Below are positions 40,893 to 45,391 of a stretch of 45,391 nucleotides of DNA, in pieces (positions within the stretch are counted from its first letter, which is position 1; every line of letters starts with the position of its first letter). Origin of the DNA: an uncultured Deinococcaceae bacterium. Lineage in GTDB: Bacteria; Deinococcota; Deinococci; Deinococcales; Deinococcaceae. The position numbers and the translations under genes were made by a program. The notes below the pieces were generated by a model. That model was not told the origin of the DNA and ran no database searches. It worked only from the letters and a program-made list of their open reading frames with translations. Location of the stretch: assembly GCA_964252075.1 (NCBI GenBank), contig CAXULY010000043.1, positions 1 to 45,391 on the forward strand. Direction: 5' to 3'.

Positions 40893-41206
40893 TGCCGGGC
40901 CGCGTGCTGCTGCGCTGGGTGCCGCCCGCGCCCGTGCGGGAGGGCAGCGGGAAGGCCGCCCGCCTGCGCGAGTGGAACGTGCCCAAGATCCTGCAGTTCC
41001 TGCAGGATGAACTGGGCCCGCGCATCGAGGAGGCCTTCGACGCGGAGCTGGTAATCGTGCCCTCGAAGATCGCGGAGATCCGCCCCGAGCACCTCGCGGT
41101 GGGCTTTAAAGTCGCAGACGTGCGCGCCGCGGTGGGTGAGATGCTCACGACCGTCATGGAGGGCTTCGAGGGTGAGGAGTACCTGCTGGAGGTGGCGGAG
41201 GCATGA
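40892..41206 (+). CDS. Hypothetical protein, DinI-like by manual alignment
   Basis: TGATG overlap with recA; LQDELGPRIEEAFDAE and acidic C-terminal helix. Confidence 0.75.
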
Positions 41207-41448
41207 AGCCCCTGCTGGTGCTGCAGGTCCCCGAAGACCTCACCCCGGACCCCGTGACGCTGCGGCGCCTGCAGGTGTGGGCCGAGGCGGAGTTCGGCGC
41301 GAACCTGCAGGTGGAGGGCCGCGCGTGGCCCGCGCGGGGCGGGCGGCTGCGCCTTGTGGGGCGCTGGTTGTTCGCGCCGAGCGACGTGTGGGCGCGCCTC
41401 GCGGGGCGGCTGCAACGCACCCTGCACCCGGTGGGGGTGGACGCATGA
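41203..41448 (+). CDS. Hypothetical protein, probable divergent paralogue of the preceding ORF
   Basis: ATGA overlap, GGAGG RBS, similar beta-alpha-beta-beta-alpha pattern. Confidence 0.7.
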   Translation: MKPLLVLQVPEDLTPDPVTLRRLQVWAEAEFGANLQVEGRAWPARGGRLRLVGRWLFAPSDVWARLAGRLQRTLHPVGVDA

Positions 41449-41639
41449 ACGACGCGGCCTTCATTCCGGACGTGGGGGCGCTGGTGCCCCTCCCCTTTCA
41501 CAGTCACGGCGACCCCGTGTGGATCGTGCGGAGCCTGACGGTCGAGCACGGGTGGGTGCGCATCGGGCTGGAGCACATCCTCGACATGGACTTCAAGCTG
41601 AGCGTGGTCGTGCCCCTCTGGCACTTCGAGGCGGCCTGA
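41445..41639 (+). CDS. Small all-beta hypothetical protein (64 aa)
   Basis: ATGA overlap; MNDAAFIPDVGALV...VVVPLWHFEAA. Confidence 0.65.
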   Translation: MNDAAFIPDVGALVPLPFHSHGDPVWIVRSLTVEHGWVRIGLEHILDMDFKLSVVVPLWHFEAA

Positions 41640-41710
41640 GGGGCACCAGGCACTATCGGACAACTCGCGCCGTTTGAGGCCCGCGAGCCCCTGAATCCGG
41701 GCATCGGGCG

Positions 41711-43479
<1,769 letters not shown>

Positions 43480-43781
43480 GGGCAGCCCTCCAGATCGGCA
43501 TGATAAAGAGGCCCGTCCCACGCCACGCTGAATGTTCCTTCACCTCCAGGCGTGCCCTTTCTGCATGCGTTGCGGCGGGCGCGGCGGCATGGACAGGACC
43601 AGACGCTGCTGGCGCCCAGCGTGCCCATAGAAGGAAATGCGACTGGCCCCCAGACCCATTACGCCAACCGGATGAATGCCGCCTGGAACGGCGCCGAACC
43701 GCAAGGCACCCAGAAGTTTCGACATGCAGTTCTTCAATGGCACTTCATGGCCCGTCAGCTGCGCGGGCGGATGCTGAACGC

Positions 43782-44276
43782 ATGAAACACCTCGTGATGC
43801 TCGCCGCGCTGACCATGACCGCTGCGTCCGCCGCACCCGCCCTCAACCGCACGGACCGCACCTTCGTGAACCAGGCGGTGATGGGCAACAACTTCGAGAT
43901 TCAGGCGGCACAGATCGCGGAGCACATGCGCACCCCGCGCGCCGTCCAGACCTACGCGCGCGACATGATCCGCGACCACACGCAACTCGGCCAGGACGTG
44001 AAAGCAGCGGTGCAGCACACGGACACCCGCATGGTGCTGCCGAACGGCGTGACGCCCGCACAGCAACAGATGCTGATTCAGCTGTCGCGCGCGGGCCGGA
44101 ACTTCGATCGCCTGTATCAGCAGTTCATGGTGCAGAGCCACGCCGACACCTACGCCCTGTTCCGCACCTACACGCGCGACCCGAACGGCAACCGGCGTCT
44201 GGAACGCGTGATCCGGAAGGCCCTGCCCACCGTGAAGATGCACTGGGACATGGCGGAACGCCTCCCCTCCCGCTGA
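43782..44276 (+). CDS. Secreted DUF4142 (ferritin-like) protein
   Basis: Signal peptide, DRTFV..A...N.FEI, MIRDH, FDRLY...MVQSH, LPTVKMH. Confidence 0.85.
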   Translation: MKHLVMLAALTMTAASAAPALNRTDRTFVNQAVMGNNFEIQAAQIAEHMRTPRAVQTYARDMIRDHTQLGQDVKAAVQHTDTRMVLPNGVTPAQQQMLIQLSRAGRNFDRLYQQFMVQSHADTYALFRTYTRDPNGNRRLERVIRKALPTVKMHWDMAERLPSR

Positions 44277-44408
44277 AATTCAGAAGCCTGCAAAACCATC
44301 AAGAATAGGGCTCACTTGCTGGCATGAGCGTGTTCTTGATGTGTGGTCTAGAACGCCTGTCAGCTTTGAGCCGTACAGATTGCACGCATGGCGCACAATA
44401 AGGCCAGG

Positions 44409-44630
44409 ATGACCACCCAGAACTCCCGCCTGTCCCTGAATGTCGATGCACCTGACCTCCGCAAGGACGACTGGATCCATTTCGGCTTTCAGCTGGACTC
44501 CGTGCAGGAAGTTGAGCACTATGGGGAGCACCTCGTACGGCTGCGTCTGCGGCACATCGGCGTGGTGTACGTAGAGCGAACGCGAACCTTCACGGTGGAT
44601 GTGCGGCAACCCCTCGCGCGCACGTCCTGA
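44409..44630 (+). CDS. Small hypothetical protein
   Basis: 73-aa ORF with plausible codon usage and beta-rich pattern (APDLRKDDWI...VQEVE). Confidence 0.55.
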   Translation: MTTQNSRLSLNVDAPDLRKDDWIHFGFQLDSVQEVEHYGEHLVRLRLRHIGVVYVERTRTFTVDVRQPLARTS

Positions 44631-45290
44631 CCTCCGACACGCTCGTAATGCGCAAGCACCACGGCACGTGAAACCAAGCAAAGTCAGGTTGACACAAAAA
44701 TAGGAACATTCGGGGCGCCACTTTGGCGCCCCATTGCTGTGGCGTGGCAGGTCATCAACCTGCGCCAGCGAGTCACCTCTAGACTGACTTTTCTTTTCCA
44801 GCGCGCGGCGCCAAGGAGGTGTTGGACCAAGGGAAGTGGCCGACGACGGGCCGCTGCACTTCCATGCTGTGCTGCGGAAAACAGACCGAGGCACAATGGA
44901 CTGACATGGGCCACTTTTCACTACGCTCAACGGGCGTGGTCCTCCCTACCGCAGCTACCACCTACACCTGCTTCCGCTGTTGGACCGTGCAAGGCATCTG
45001 GCACTACGTGCTCGCCTAGCTGCTCGATCTCGCTGACCGGACCAGTCAACGCGACTGGTCAACGCATTTCGTCGATGGCACAGTCATCCATCCATACCTC
45101 CGCGTCGCTGGTGTCTAGGGACGCAGCGCTAGATCGCTCCCATAGAGAATTGGCATAAAGTACGCACGCGAAGGGCTCGCTGCACCTCTCGCGTCCTGAG
45201 TGGCGAAGAGCGGCCTTCGTCGACGCGTACATCCACATCAGCGCTGCACAGCACCACAGGTGAGGACTCCCGTGAATTCAACCAAAGCAA

Positions 45291-45317
45291 AAGGGCCACC
45301 CTTATAGGGTGGCCCTT
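45291..45317 (-). terminator. Rho-independent terminator of the rRNA operon
   Basis: AAGGGCCACCCT-TAT-AGGGTGGCCCTT followed by a T-run on the minus strand, just downstream of 5S. Confidence 0.8.
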
Positions 45318-45334
45318 CGTAGTTCATAAAAAAA

Positions 45335-45391
45335 CTCCCCGCGCCGACCGACTCTTCCGGGACCCTGCGGTCCAAGTACCATAGGCGCGGC
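45335..45391 (-). rRNA. rrf: 5S rRNA, 3' portion (continues beyond the window)
   Basis: Reverse complement ...GGTACTTGGACCGCAGGGTCCCGGAAGAGTCGGTCGGCGCGGGGAG matches the Deinococcus 5S 3' half. Confidence 0.93.

Overview
GC-rich Deinococcus chromosomal window. The genus call rests on pprA, a Deinococcus-type RecA and HU, RDRM operators, leaderless genes and a Deinococcus-type 5S rRNA; the species cannot be proven from sequence alone. Left to right: mntR-mntH manganese uptake, xylulokinase, a GGDEF-EAL protein, two orphan DrRRA-like response regulators, an apparently catalytically dead tyrosine recombinase, pprA with an RDRM box, a P450, HU, two large GAF histidine kinases with several receiver proteins, a flavin monooxygenase and a HelD-like helicase. 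Next comes a DNA-damage island: lexA-imuY-imuB(C-terminal domain)-dnaE2 on the minus strand, divergent from an accessory recA that is translationally coupled to three small unannotated ORFs. The main new observation is that the first two of these ORFs resemble, by eye, DinI (a RecA-filament modulator characterised in enterobacteria). The 139-bp lexA/recA spacer carries a perfect 20-bp palindrome (candidate LexA box), a degenerate second copy and an RDRM. This suggests a self-contained, doubly regulated mutagenesis module with its own RecA and RecA modulators. The island is flanked by gene debris and a decayed SLC13 transporter, and the window ends in the 3' end of an rRNA operon (5S rRNA plus terminator). 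All family calls come from motif recognition; no searches were run.
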